Part shown: positions 17,148 through 29,100 of the stretch, one piece after another
Numbering within the stretch: the first letter of the stretch is position 1
Layout: each line of letters opens with the position of its first letter
Assembly: GCA_035353995.1 (NCBI GenBank)
Contig: DAOQAL010000001.1
Location: 308,104-372,103, forward strand
Source: Minisyncoccota bacterium
GTDB taxonomy: Bacteria; Patescibacteriota; Minisyncoccia; Phycocordibacterales; UBA9973
DNA: 64,000 bases
Direction of reading: 5' to 3'
Made by a program: the position numbers and the translations under genes
The notes under the pieces: generated by a model
Database searches by the model: none
The model's input: the letters and a program-made list of their open reading frames with translations, nothing else
What the model was told of the DNA's origin: nothing

Positions 17148-20100
17148 ATGTCAGAAAAACATAAGAATAAAAGAGTTTTACAACTAATAAGAAATATTTT
17201 ACAAATACTTAAACCAAAGTTGTCTTTTCACTATATTGCATACACTACTTTAGTAGCTTTGGTTGTTTTTTCTTTAGTAAATTTAGTTGGTGCTACAACT
17301 CCAAACCCTGGTCACTCATGGTCTGAAGTTGGAGATGGTGTTTTTGCAGTAACAAATAATCAAACAGCAATTCGCACTTACACTTTTCCAGATGCAAATG
17401 CAACTGTACTTACTACTAACGCACTTGTTACTGTTGCACAAGGTGGAACTGGTGCAAATACTTTAACAGGAATTTTAATTGGAAATGGAACTTCTGCTTT
17501 TACATCTGTAGCACTTACTGCAGGACAATCAATTCGAATGAATTCAGGTGGAACAGCTTATGAAGGTTTTACTCCTGGAACAGGAAATGTTAATTCTATC
17601 TCTGTCGCAACTTCAAATGGTTTTGCTGGTTCATCTTCTGGTGGTTCAAATCCAATCTTAACTTTATCTACTACTATCTCTGGAATGTTGAAAGGAAATG
17701 GAACTGCAATCAGTGCAGCAACAGATGGTTCTGATTTTCTTTCTTCTTCGACAGGATGGAAATTAAATGGACAAGCTCTCGGCACAAAAAAAACTCTTGG
17801 GTCTACTGATGGATATGCAATTGGTTTTCTAACTAATAATTCAGAAAGAATGACAATACTTTCTGGTGGTAACATTGGTATCGGTGTAACTTCACCGACA
17901 GCAGTTTTACATTTGAAAGCTGGTACTGCAACAGCAGGAACTGCACCATTAAAATTTGCATCAGGAGTATTACTAACAACTCCAGAAACAGGAGCAATGG
18001 AATTTGATGGAACTAATTTATATTTCACACCAGTTGATTTACGAAAGACAATTGCTTTTACAGAAGACATTGCATCTGGCTACGTTCCATACACAGGTGC
18101 AACTGCTGACGTTAATCTTGGAGCTTTTGATTTAACAACTACAGATCTTAATGTAAGTGGTATCGCTAATTTTACTGGAAGCGTTGCTGTTAACACTGAC
18201 CCAGACAACAACACTAGTGGTTTTGAATATGGAAATGGTTATGATCCATCTTCAAGTTATTATTACAATGAAAGATTTCGAGTAAATAGTTTTATGGAAA
18301 CACCACATATGTCTTTAGGTGTTGCTTCAAACTTTTTACTATATTCTGAAGATTTTTCAAATGCCGCTTGGGTAAAAACAAGTATAGGTTCAGTTAGTGC
18401 AAATGGTGTTAATGCTCCTAATGGATCAACTACTGCAGAAAATATTCCAGCTGGTTCTGCTTCAACTGCTAATATAGCTCAAACAATTACAAACAGTACT
18501 ACAGGATACTGGTCTGCTGGTGTTTGGGCAAGAACTCAAAGTGGAACAGCTACTATAGATTTGCAAATTGATAATGGATCAGCAGAAATTGGAACTCCTA
18601 AAACAGTTACAGTGGATACAAAATGGCGCTTCTTTGGTGTTGCTCAAAATTTTAGTCCTTCTTCTAATACAACAAAAACTTTTAAAATAACTTCTGGAAC
18701 AACAGCAATTTCTTTATGGGGTGCAAGAATGAATCAAGGTGAAACGATAAATTCATATCGTGCTACAACAAGTTCAAATTCTTCTACTCCTACATTTGGT
18801 GCATTTTTCAACAACACAACAATTTACGGTACTCTTTCTGGAAGTGCAAGTTCAGCTGGCTATGCTACTTATTCAAATAGTGGAATTTATGGTGGAGTAA
18901 CATTATCAAATACTACTGGCAATGCTGGAAAGTGGGAATTATTAGGATATGTAACTTTAACATATAACTCTACTTATGATTATGGACATTCTTGGGATTA
19001 TGAAGTCAACCTGAAAGAAATTAATAATGATGATTCAGCAATTTCACAAGTTGATTATGAGGATATTACTTTAAAACTTAAAGGAAATTTAGCAGAAGCA
19101 ACTAGTACTGCTACTTTCAATTCCGCTGTACCAACTTTCTCTATTGATGTTTCTGGTGCTACGCAATTAACTTCTAGTGATTTTGCAGCTGTTGTTTATT
19201 CGACAAGTACTTCAACTAAGGTAATTAGATATTATGTAAAATTGCCAGCTGCTAATTCTCATTACATGATTGTACCTATTAACTATCGTGGAGTTAGCTA
19301 TAACAGTACATTAGGTATAAGTACTTCTTACGTTTCTTGGACAACTTCTTCTAGTACTGCTGTGATAACAACCTTACCAACTCCACCTGCTGGTCAAGGT
19401 TCTGTAGTAAATGGAAATATTCTTTACACAACATACAAAGGCAATGGAATATTTAGTGGACTATTAAGTGGTACAGCTTTGAAATCTGCTAAGTGGTATC
19501 CAGGTGCTGACTCTACAACTGCAATTCAAATTAATAAAGCAGATGGTTTAACAAATATTATAAATATTGATACAACAAATGGAAGAATGGGTATCGGTAC
19601 AACTTTACCAACAGCATTACTAAATCTAGCAGCCGGTACTGCATCAGCAGGAACTGCTCCACTCAAATTTACATCAGGAACATTATTAACTACACCAGAG
19701 GATGGATCAGTAGAATTTGATGGAACTCACTATTATGTAACAGTTGGTTCTACTAGATACCAATTAGATCAACAAGCTCCAGGTGGAGGTATGGTGTACC
19801 CAGGATCAGGAATTGCAGTCTCAACAGGTTCTGCTTGGGGAACTTCAATCAGTGGAACATCTTCACAATTTGTAAAAGGTGATGGAAGTTTGGATTCAAA
19901 TACATACTTAACAACTTCTTCTGCTTCTTCAACTTATGTTCCTTACACTGGAGCAACAAGTGCAGTAGATTTAGGTGTTCATAATCTTACTGTTGATACA
20001 AATACATTGTTTGTAGATTCAACAAATCATAGAGTTGGAATCGGAACAACAAGTCCTACATCTAAGTTATATGTTAGTAGTGGAGGCGGAGTTAATTCTG

Positions 20101-23100
20101 GCATTGTTATTAAATCTGATGGAACAACTGGGACATATGCATCATTAGATTATGTAAATAAAAACAATGTAGCATTTCAGACAGGCTTATATGATTCTGG
20201 TAATGCTTTCTTTTATATGCCTTCAACTGGAAATAATATTGGATTCTATACGAACGATCTTGAAAGAATGACTATAGCAAAAACAGGTAATGTCGGAATT
20301 GGTACAACGAGTCCAACAGTTCCATTAGACATCACTGGAGCGGTAAACATATCAACTGGAAATTTAGATTTAGACAATACAACAAATGCAAATCAATATG
20401 GAGTGATCACAAAAAATGGGATCAGATTCATTCACAATTTTAATTATGGAAACAACGGTACTGTAACGACAGAAGGACATAATTTATTTATTGGAGAAAA
20501 TGCCGGTAACTTTACGATGGGATCAACGGCAAATTATGCTAATTATTCTTCAAGCAATGTTGGAATCGGTTATTCTACGTTAAGTTCGAATACAACTGGA
20601 TACTATAACTCTGCTGTAGGAATTTATGCTCTTTATTCTAACACCACAGGATACTCTAACTCTGCAATAGGAACACATGCTCTTATGCTTAATACCACAG
20701 GGTACGCTAACTCTACAGTAGGAAATGATGCTCTTTATAATAATACTTCAGGGTACAAGAACTCTGTAATTGGAAGTACAGCTCTCTTTAATAATACAAC
20801 AGGATACTCTAACTCTGCGATGGGATATGAAGCCGGCCGCTATGTTACAGGAAATGTAGCTAACACAACCAGTGATTATAGTATATACCTTGGTGCTAAT
20901 ACCAAAGCTCTTGCTGATGATGATCAAAATGAAATTGTAATAGGTTACGATGCTACGGGTGCCGGTTCAAACACTGCAGTAATAGGTAGCAGTTCTTTAA
21001 CTTCTGTATACCTCGGAAGTTCTACACCTAGCGCTAGACTATACACTAAAGGTATAACGTTATCTGCAGGTACAGCAACTGCTGGAACTGCTCCATTGAA
21101 GTTCACATCAGGAACATTGTTAGGAACAACGGAAGCAGGAACAATGGAATTTAATGGAACACATTTATACTTTACAGTAGCAAATAGCGGAACAAGATAT
21201 CAATTAGATCAACAAGCTCCAGGTGGAGGTATGGTTTACCCAGGAGCAGGTATTCCAATTTCAACAGGTTCTGCTTGGGGAACTTCAATCAGTGGAACAT
21301 CTTCACAATTTGTAAAAGGGGATGGAAGTTTGGATTCAAATACATACTTAACAACTTCTTCTGCATCTTCAACTTATGTTCCATATACTGGAGCAACAAG
21401 TGCAGTAGATTTAGGTGTTCATAATCTTACTGTTGATACAAATACATTGTTTGTAGATTCAACAAATCATTTTGTTGGTATTGGAACAACAACACCGAGT
21501 GTAAAACTAAATGTACTTGGTGTAACTGCGTTGCAATCTGGTGATGCTGATGGTGCTCTACGGATTGGTGCTGATGTTTTGGCTACTACACTTTCATCAA
21601 ATGTAAGAAAATTGGGAAGAGTAACAGCTCCTTCTTATAGTAATACATATTATTATTCATTGTTTTCTGCTGATAGTGATACGGGTGGTGATGGAATAGA
21701 ATTTGGAGGTAGAGCAGGAGCATTAAATTCATCTCCAACATATATTTCATTTGCTACAACTCCAACAGCAGGAAGTAGCGCTGGAAATGCGGAACGAATG
21801 AGAATAATAGGTAATGGAAACATTGGTATCGGCATAGCTTCACCAACAGCTAGATTACATTTACCAGCTGGTACAGCAACAGCAGGAACTGCTCCACTAA
21901 AATTTACATCAGGAACATTGTTAGGAACAACGGAAGCAGGAACAATGGAATTTAATGGAACACATTTATACTTTACAGTAGCAAATAGCGGAACAAGATA
22001 TCAATTAGATCAACAAGCTCCAGGTGGAGGTATGGTTTACCCAGGAGCAGGAATTCCAATTTCAACAGGCAGTGCTTGGGGAACTTCAATCAGTGGAACA
22101 TCTTCACAATTTGTAAAAGGGGATGGAAGCTTAGATTCAAATACATATTTAACTTCTGCTTCTTTGTCTGGTTATGTTCCTTATACTGGTGCAACCACAA
22201 ATGTAGTTCTCGGAGCAAATACTCTTTCAACAACTTCAGGTTTAATTTCTCCAAAACTTTATCCTGCAAGTGATTCAACAACAGCAATACAATTTAACAA
22301 AGCAGATGGAACAACAAATATTTTAAATATTGATACGACGAATTCTAGAGTTGGAATTGGGACAACAAGTCCAAGTGTTAAATTAGAAGTAGCGGGACAA
22401 GGTAAATTCATAAGTACAACTTTTCCAGTTCTTGATATAGTTAGAGATACAACGACTACTGCTGGTGGAGTTTATGGTGGTGCTAAATTAGAGAGAATTA
22501 TGACTGGCGGAACATCAGTCAATGGTACTGGTATAGGTTTTTATTTTAAGAATCCAGACTCAGCAGGAAATTCTACTTTTTCAGGTATTTTTGGTTCAGC
22601 ACTTTCAAGCGTAACAGATGGAAGTGAAGTCGGAGATGTTATTGTTTCTGCTGCTTGGCAAGGAGGAGATCCTTATTTAAATCAACACTTAGTTGTTAGA
22701 GCAACCGGCGCAACGACAGGTAACGTTTTGGTTCCGAATGGTAATGTCGGAATTGGAACAACTTCACCAAATCAACAATTAGAAATTACTCAAAACTTTA
22801 GACTTCCTTCTACAACTTATAATAGTGGAAATCCTTATGGGATAATTTACAAAGGAACAAATCCATTCATTCATGATTTCAATTATGGAAACAACGGTAC
22901 TGTAACGACAGAAGGACATAATTTATTTATTGGTGAAAGTGCAGGTAACTTTACAATGGGATCAACGGCAACATTATTAAGTCAATCATCAAACAATATT
23001 GGAATAGGGTATAATTCTCTTTCTGTAAATACTACTGGTTATGGCAATACAGCTATCAGCAATTATTCTTTGGAATCAAATACAACAGGTACTCAAAACT

Positions 23101-26100
23101 CTGCTATTGGTTATAAATCTCTGTCTAGTAATACTACTGGTAGCGTTAACTCTGCTTTTGGACCTTATTCTCTTTCTGGTAATACTACTGGTAGTAACAA
23201 TTCTGCTTTTGGATCTTATTCTCTTTCTGGTAATACTACTGGTATCTTAAATGTCGCTTTTGGTCAAAATGCTCTTTCTGGTAATACTACTGGTAATTAT
23301 AACTCTGCTTTAGGATATAACGCTGGTAGTTTTATTGCTGATGGTTCAACATCGAATACTTTTGGTTCAAATAGTTTATTTTTGGGCAGTTATTCAAGAG
23401 CTCTTGCTAATAATCAAACAAATCAAATTGTAATTGGTTATAATGCTATCGGTAACGGAAGCAATACAGCAACAATTGGAAACAGTTCTATATTAAGAAC
23501 ATATCTAAGAGGAGTAAATCTAGCAGCCGGTACTGCATCAGCTGGAACTGCTCCACTAAAATTTACATCAGGAACATTATTAGGAACACCTGAGACAGGA
23601 GCGATGGAATTTGATGGTTCTCACTATTACATAACAATAGGTTCAACTCGTTATCAATTAGATCAACAAGCTCCAGGTGGGGGTATGGTTTATCCAGGAG
23701 CGGGCATTCCAGTTTCGACAGGTTCAGCTTGGGATACATCTAAAACGGCACCTACGGGAGACATCGTTGGAACAACTGATACACAAGATCTTACTAACAA
23801 AACATACAATGGACTTTCTTTGTTAGGAAACAATACTGATTTTAATTCTTTTGTTGGTTACAATACTGGTCTTAATATTCCAAGCGGAGCACAATGGAAC
23901 TCTTTCTTTGGTTATGAAGCAGGAAAGGGAAGCGCAAGTACAAGTTATAATTATTCTAATACTGGAATAGGATATCAATCTTTGTATTCCATTACAGTTG
24001 GTAGTAATAACTCTGCACTAGGAAATAAGTCTCTGTACTATAATACTTCAGGATGGTCTAATACTGCAGTAGGAGATAGTTCACTTTCTTCTAATACTGA
24101 AGGTTATCTTAATGTTGCATTAGGTGTTGATTCTTTATCAAGTAATATTACAGGTTACGATAACTCTGCTATCGGTAGTTCTTCTATGTACTCTAACACT
24201 ACAGGTTACTATAACATCGCAATAGGAGGTGGTTCTATGTATTATAATACTACTGGAAATTATAACTCTGCTACAGGATATTCTTCTTTATCAAATAACA
24301 CAACAGGTAATATTAATTCTGCACTAGGATATGTAGCCGGATACTTTATAGCTGACAACTCAACGCCAAACACTACATCAGATTATAGTTTGTATTTAGG
24401 TGCATATACCAAAGCTCTTGCAGATAATGATCAAAATGAAATTGTAATTGGTTATGACACAACAGGTAATGGAAGCAACACAGCAACAATTGGAAACAGT
24501 TCTATATTAAGAACATATTTAAGAGGAGTAAATTTAGCAGGAGGTACAGCAACTGCAGGAACTGCTCCATTAAAATTTACATCAGGAACATTGTTAGGAA
24601 CTACAGAAGGTGGAGCAATGGAATTTGATGGTTCACATTTGTACTTCACAATAGCTGATAGCGGAACAAGATATCAATTAGATCAACAAGGAGGTATGGT
24701 TTATCCAGGAGCAGGTATTGCAATTTCAACAGGAAGTGCTTGGGGAACATCAATATCAGGAACATCCTCACAGTTTGTAAAAGGGGATGGAAGTTTAGAT
24801 TCAAATACATACTTAACAACTTCTTCTGCTTCTTCAACTTATGTTCCTTACACTGGAGCAACCACAGATGTAAATCTTGGAACACATACTCTTGCTTCAG
24901 GTTCAATAGATATCGCTACAGGTAATTTAGATTTAGATAACACTACTTATGCAAATCAATATGGATTGATTACCAAAAATGGAACCAGATTCATTCATAA
25001 TTTTTCCTACGGATTAAATGGAAATAATGTAACCCCAGAAGGTCGCAATTTATTTATTGGTGAAGGTGCCGGTAATTTTACGATGGGATCGGATGCAACT
25101 TACTATAGTTATTCTTCAAACAATATTGGAGTCGGTTATTCTACATTAAGTTTCAATACAACTGGATACGGTAACTTTGCGGTAGGAAGTTATGCTCTTT
25201 ATTACAACACCACAGGATACGGTAACTCTGCAATAGGAAAAAGTGCTCTGTTCTCTAATACTGAAGGATTCTTTAACTCTGCATTAGGAGATTCTGCTCT
25301 TAAATCTAATACTACAGGATATAGAAATATCTCAATGGGAAGTTACGCTCTTAATTCAAACACCACAGGAAGCCATAATTCTGCATTAGGATATAATACT
25401 GGTCGCTATATTGCAAACGGAAGCACTGGTAATACCACTAGTGACTACAGTGTATATCTTGGTGCTATGACAAAAGCTCTTGCCGACGATGATCAAAACG
25501 AAATTGTAATCGGTTACAACGCCACCGGTGCCGGTTCAAACACTGCCGTAATCGGAAACAGTTCTGTAACTTCGGTATATCTCGGAAGCTCTACTGCTGG
25601 CGCAAGACTCTACACTAATGGCGTAACGTTATCTGCCGGTACAGCAACAGCAGGAACTGCACCACTAAAATTTACATCAGGAACATTACTAGGAACAACA
25701 GAAGGTGGAGCAATGGAATTTGATGGTTCACATTTGTACTTTACTATAGCTGATAGCGGAACAAGATATCAATTAGATCAACAAGGAGGTATGGTTTACC
25801 CAGGATCAGGAATTGCAATCTCAACAGGAAGTGCTTGGGGAACTTCAATCAGTGGAACATCTTCACAATTTGTAAAAGGGGATGGAAGTTTGGATTCAAA
25901 TACATACTTAACCTCTGCATCTTTGTCTGGTTATGTTCCTTACACTGGTGCAACCACAAATGTAGTTCTCGGAGCAAATACTCTTTCAACAACTTCAGGT
26001 TTAATTTCTCCAAAACTTTATCCTGCAAGTGATTCAACAACAGCAATACAATTTAACAAAGCAGATGGAACAACAAATATTTTAAATATTGATACGACAA

Positions 26101-29100
26101 ATGGAAGAGTGGGAATGGGTACGACGAGTCCATCATCAATGCTTCATATTTATGATACTACTGCTAGCGGAACATTTGCTGATGGATTATATTTACAAGC
26201 AGGAAATGATGCAAATGCAATTAGGGTACGTTTGAAAAATACTAATTCTGATTTTTTTATTAACGCATACGGAACTGGAGCAATCGGTGCATTAGCAAAT
26301 TCAATTGGATTTTTTGCTAGTGGAAGTTCAACTAATGATTTTATTATTGGGCATACTGGAACAACTTCTGGAAATGATATTAGATTTTTTACAAATAATG
26401 ATTATTCAGATGCAAATGAATTAGTGATTACACAAGGCGGACTTGTTGGAATGGGAACATCAACTCCAACTGGAAAATTAAATATAATAAATACATCAGA
26501 ACAATTACGTATTGGATATAGTTCTAGTGTTTATTATTCAACTACAATTGATTCTACAGGGACAGTTATATTTGATTCTACTGGTGGCGCTTCATCTCGA
26601 TTTTCATTTGCAGACAATCTAGGTATCGGAACAACTTCACCAAGCAATATACTTTCTCTAGGTGGAACAACAGCTAGAACAATTTGGATGGAACGTAACA
26701 CAACAGCAGGAACTGCAGGACAGGCACTAACTTTGTTCTCTGGTGGTGCATATTCTGGTGGAACTAATTTGAATGGTGGAGATTTATATTTAAAATCTGG
26801 TATTTCTACTGGTACTGGATCATCATCTATGCATTTTCTTACTGCAACAGCAGGAAGTAGTGGAACAGCTGACAATACTCCAACCGAAAAAATGACTATT
26901 CTTGCTAATGGTAAAGTAGGTATTGGAAATACAAATCCATCATCAAAATTAACAGTTACTGATGTGAATAGTATTTTCTTCGTTCCAAACCAGGGAGCTA
27001 CTGGTGAAATTCCAGCAGGAACTGCAATGTCTACAAGTTCTAACTTTACATTTTTGGGAGATGGAACTGGTGGAGTTGGAAATGGAGTTATGGTTGCTTA
27101 TTACAATCAAACACAATGGCTTTCCGCCGTACAGACTGCAAACGTTAGTAGTGGTTATGGAAATTTATTGTTAATGAAATCTGGTGGATCTGTAGGTGTA
27201 GGTACTTCTGCTCCAACAGCTAGATTACATTTAGGAGCAGGATCAGCTACAGCAGGAACTGCTCCATTAAAATTTACATCAGGAACATTACTAACAACAG
27301 CTGAGGCAGGAGCAATGGAATTTGATGGAACTCACTATTATGTAACAGTTGGTTCTACTAGATACCAATTAGATCAACAAGCTCCAGGTGGAGGTATGGT
27401 TTATCCAGGAGCAGGTATTCCAATTTCAACAGGTTCTGCTTGGGGTACATCTATATCAGGAACATCTTCACAGTTTGTAAAAGGGGATGGAAGTTTAGAT
27501 TCAAATACATACTTAACAACTTCTTCTGCATCTTCAACTTATGTTCCATATACAGGTGCAACCACAAATGTAGTTCTCGGAGCAAATACTCTTTCAACAA
27601 CTTCAGGTTTAATTTCTCCAAAACTTTATCCTGCAAGTGATTCAACAACAGCAATACAATTTAACAAAGCAGATGGGACAACAAATATTTTAAATATTGA
27701 TACGACAAATGGGAGAGTGGGAATTGGGACAACAAGTCCTACTAAAAAATTAGAAGTATCTGGTAATTTAGGTGCTGGAGGAATATTTAATGTTAACTCT
27801 TCGACTCCAGCAGATTTCGTTGGTTTGGAAACCTCTTCTGGTCGTTCAGCTATTGTTTTCAACAATTCAAATTCCAGGATGTATTATGATTCTTCAGCAA
27901 ATACTTTTAATATGTTTCCAGTTGTTGGAACATATGATGACCCATCAAGTTGGAATTATTCAACGATGTCTTATGCCTTAACTAGTCAAACTCTATATTT
28001 GAATGGTGCTGGAGGAGTTGAAATTGGTCAAGGAGGTTTGATTTCTACAAAAATAGTTGATACAACTACTGATTATCAAAATTATACTGGTTCTACTTTC
28101 TCCATGTGGAAGAGATTAGGAAACAACACAGTAAATACATTAAATGGATTGAACTTAAATTATGGTGGATATTGGAGTGCTGCTGGAACTATTACTGATT
28201 CTGCTGGAATATACTCTGCTTTTGCAGCTGCTGATTCTTCGGCTGCTAATTTTACAAATGTTTATGGTATTAAAACAAGTTTTACTAATGTAGGAACTGG
28301 TACAATTACAAATCAATATGGTATTTATATTCCATCTGATTCAGTTGCTACAAATGTATATGGTATATCATCAAATATTGCTAGTGGAACTAATAAATGG
28401 AATATGTATGTTGCAGGTACAGCTAATAACTATTTTGCCGGCAATGTTGGAATCGGAACGACGACCCCACAAGCTGCATTAAATGTAATTGGAGACGTAA
28501 TGTTAGGATACAATTCAACAGGGCAAAAAATTTATCCATATTATTATAGTGCTACGAATTATAATGCAATTTCTTCTGATAGCTCAGGTGCTATGACATT
28601 TATCACTGGTGTTACATCTCCTTCAGAAAGAATGAGAATTGATAATTCTGGTTATGTTGGAATAGGTAATGCTTCTCCAGCAACGACTCTTGATATTACA
28701 GGAGCAGGTGGCTCTCCTTCTGGCACACCATCTTTTCCTGTTAGAGTTGTGTCTGGAACGAATACTAATCCAGGTATGATTTTTGAACGAAGTGATGCAA
28801 GTAAATTTGTTAACCTTTGGACGGGAAGTGGAGCAGCAATATTAGGATTTACTGATACTGCTTCAAGGATGGCTATTGGAACTTATACTTACGCAGATAG
28901 ATATTCTACTGGTTTCCCAACAAAAGAAATTTTGTCTCTTCTTCCTAGTGGAAATGTTGGAGTAGGAGTTACAAATCCTACAGCAAAACTTCATTTAAAA
29001 GCATCTGATGGGACAGCAGGAAGTGCATCATTAAAAATTACAGATGGAACATTGCTATCAACTCCAGAAGCAGGAGCAATAGAATTTGTTGGAACAAGTC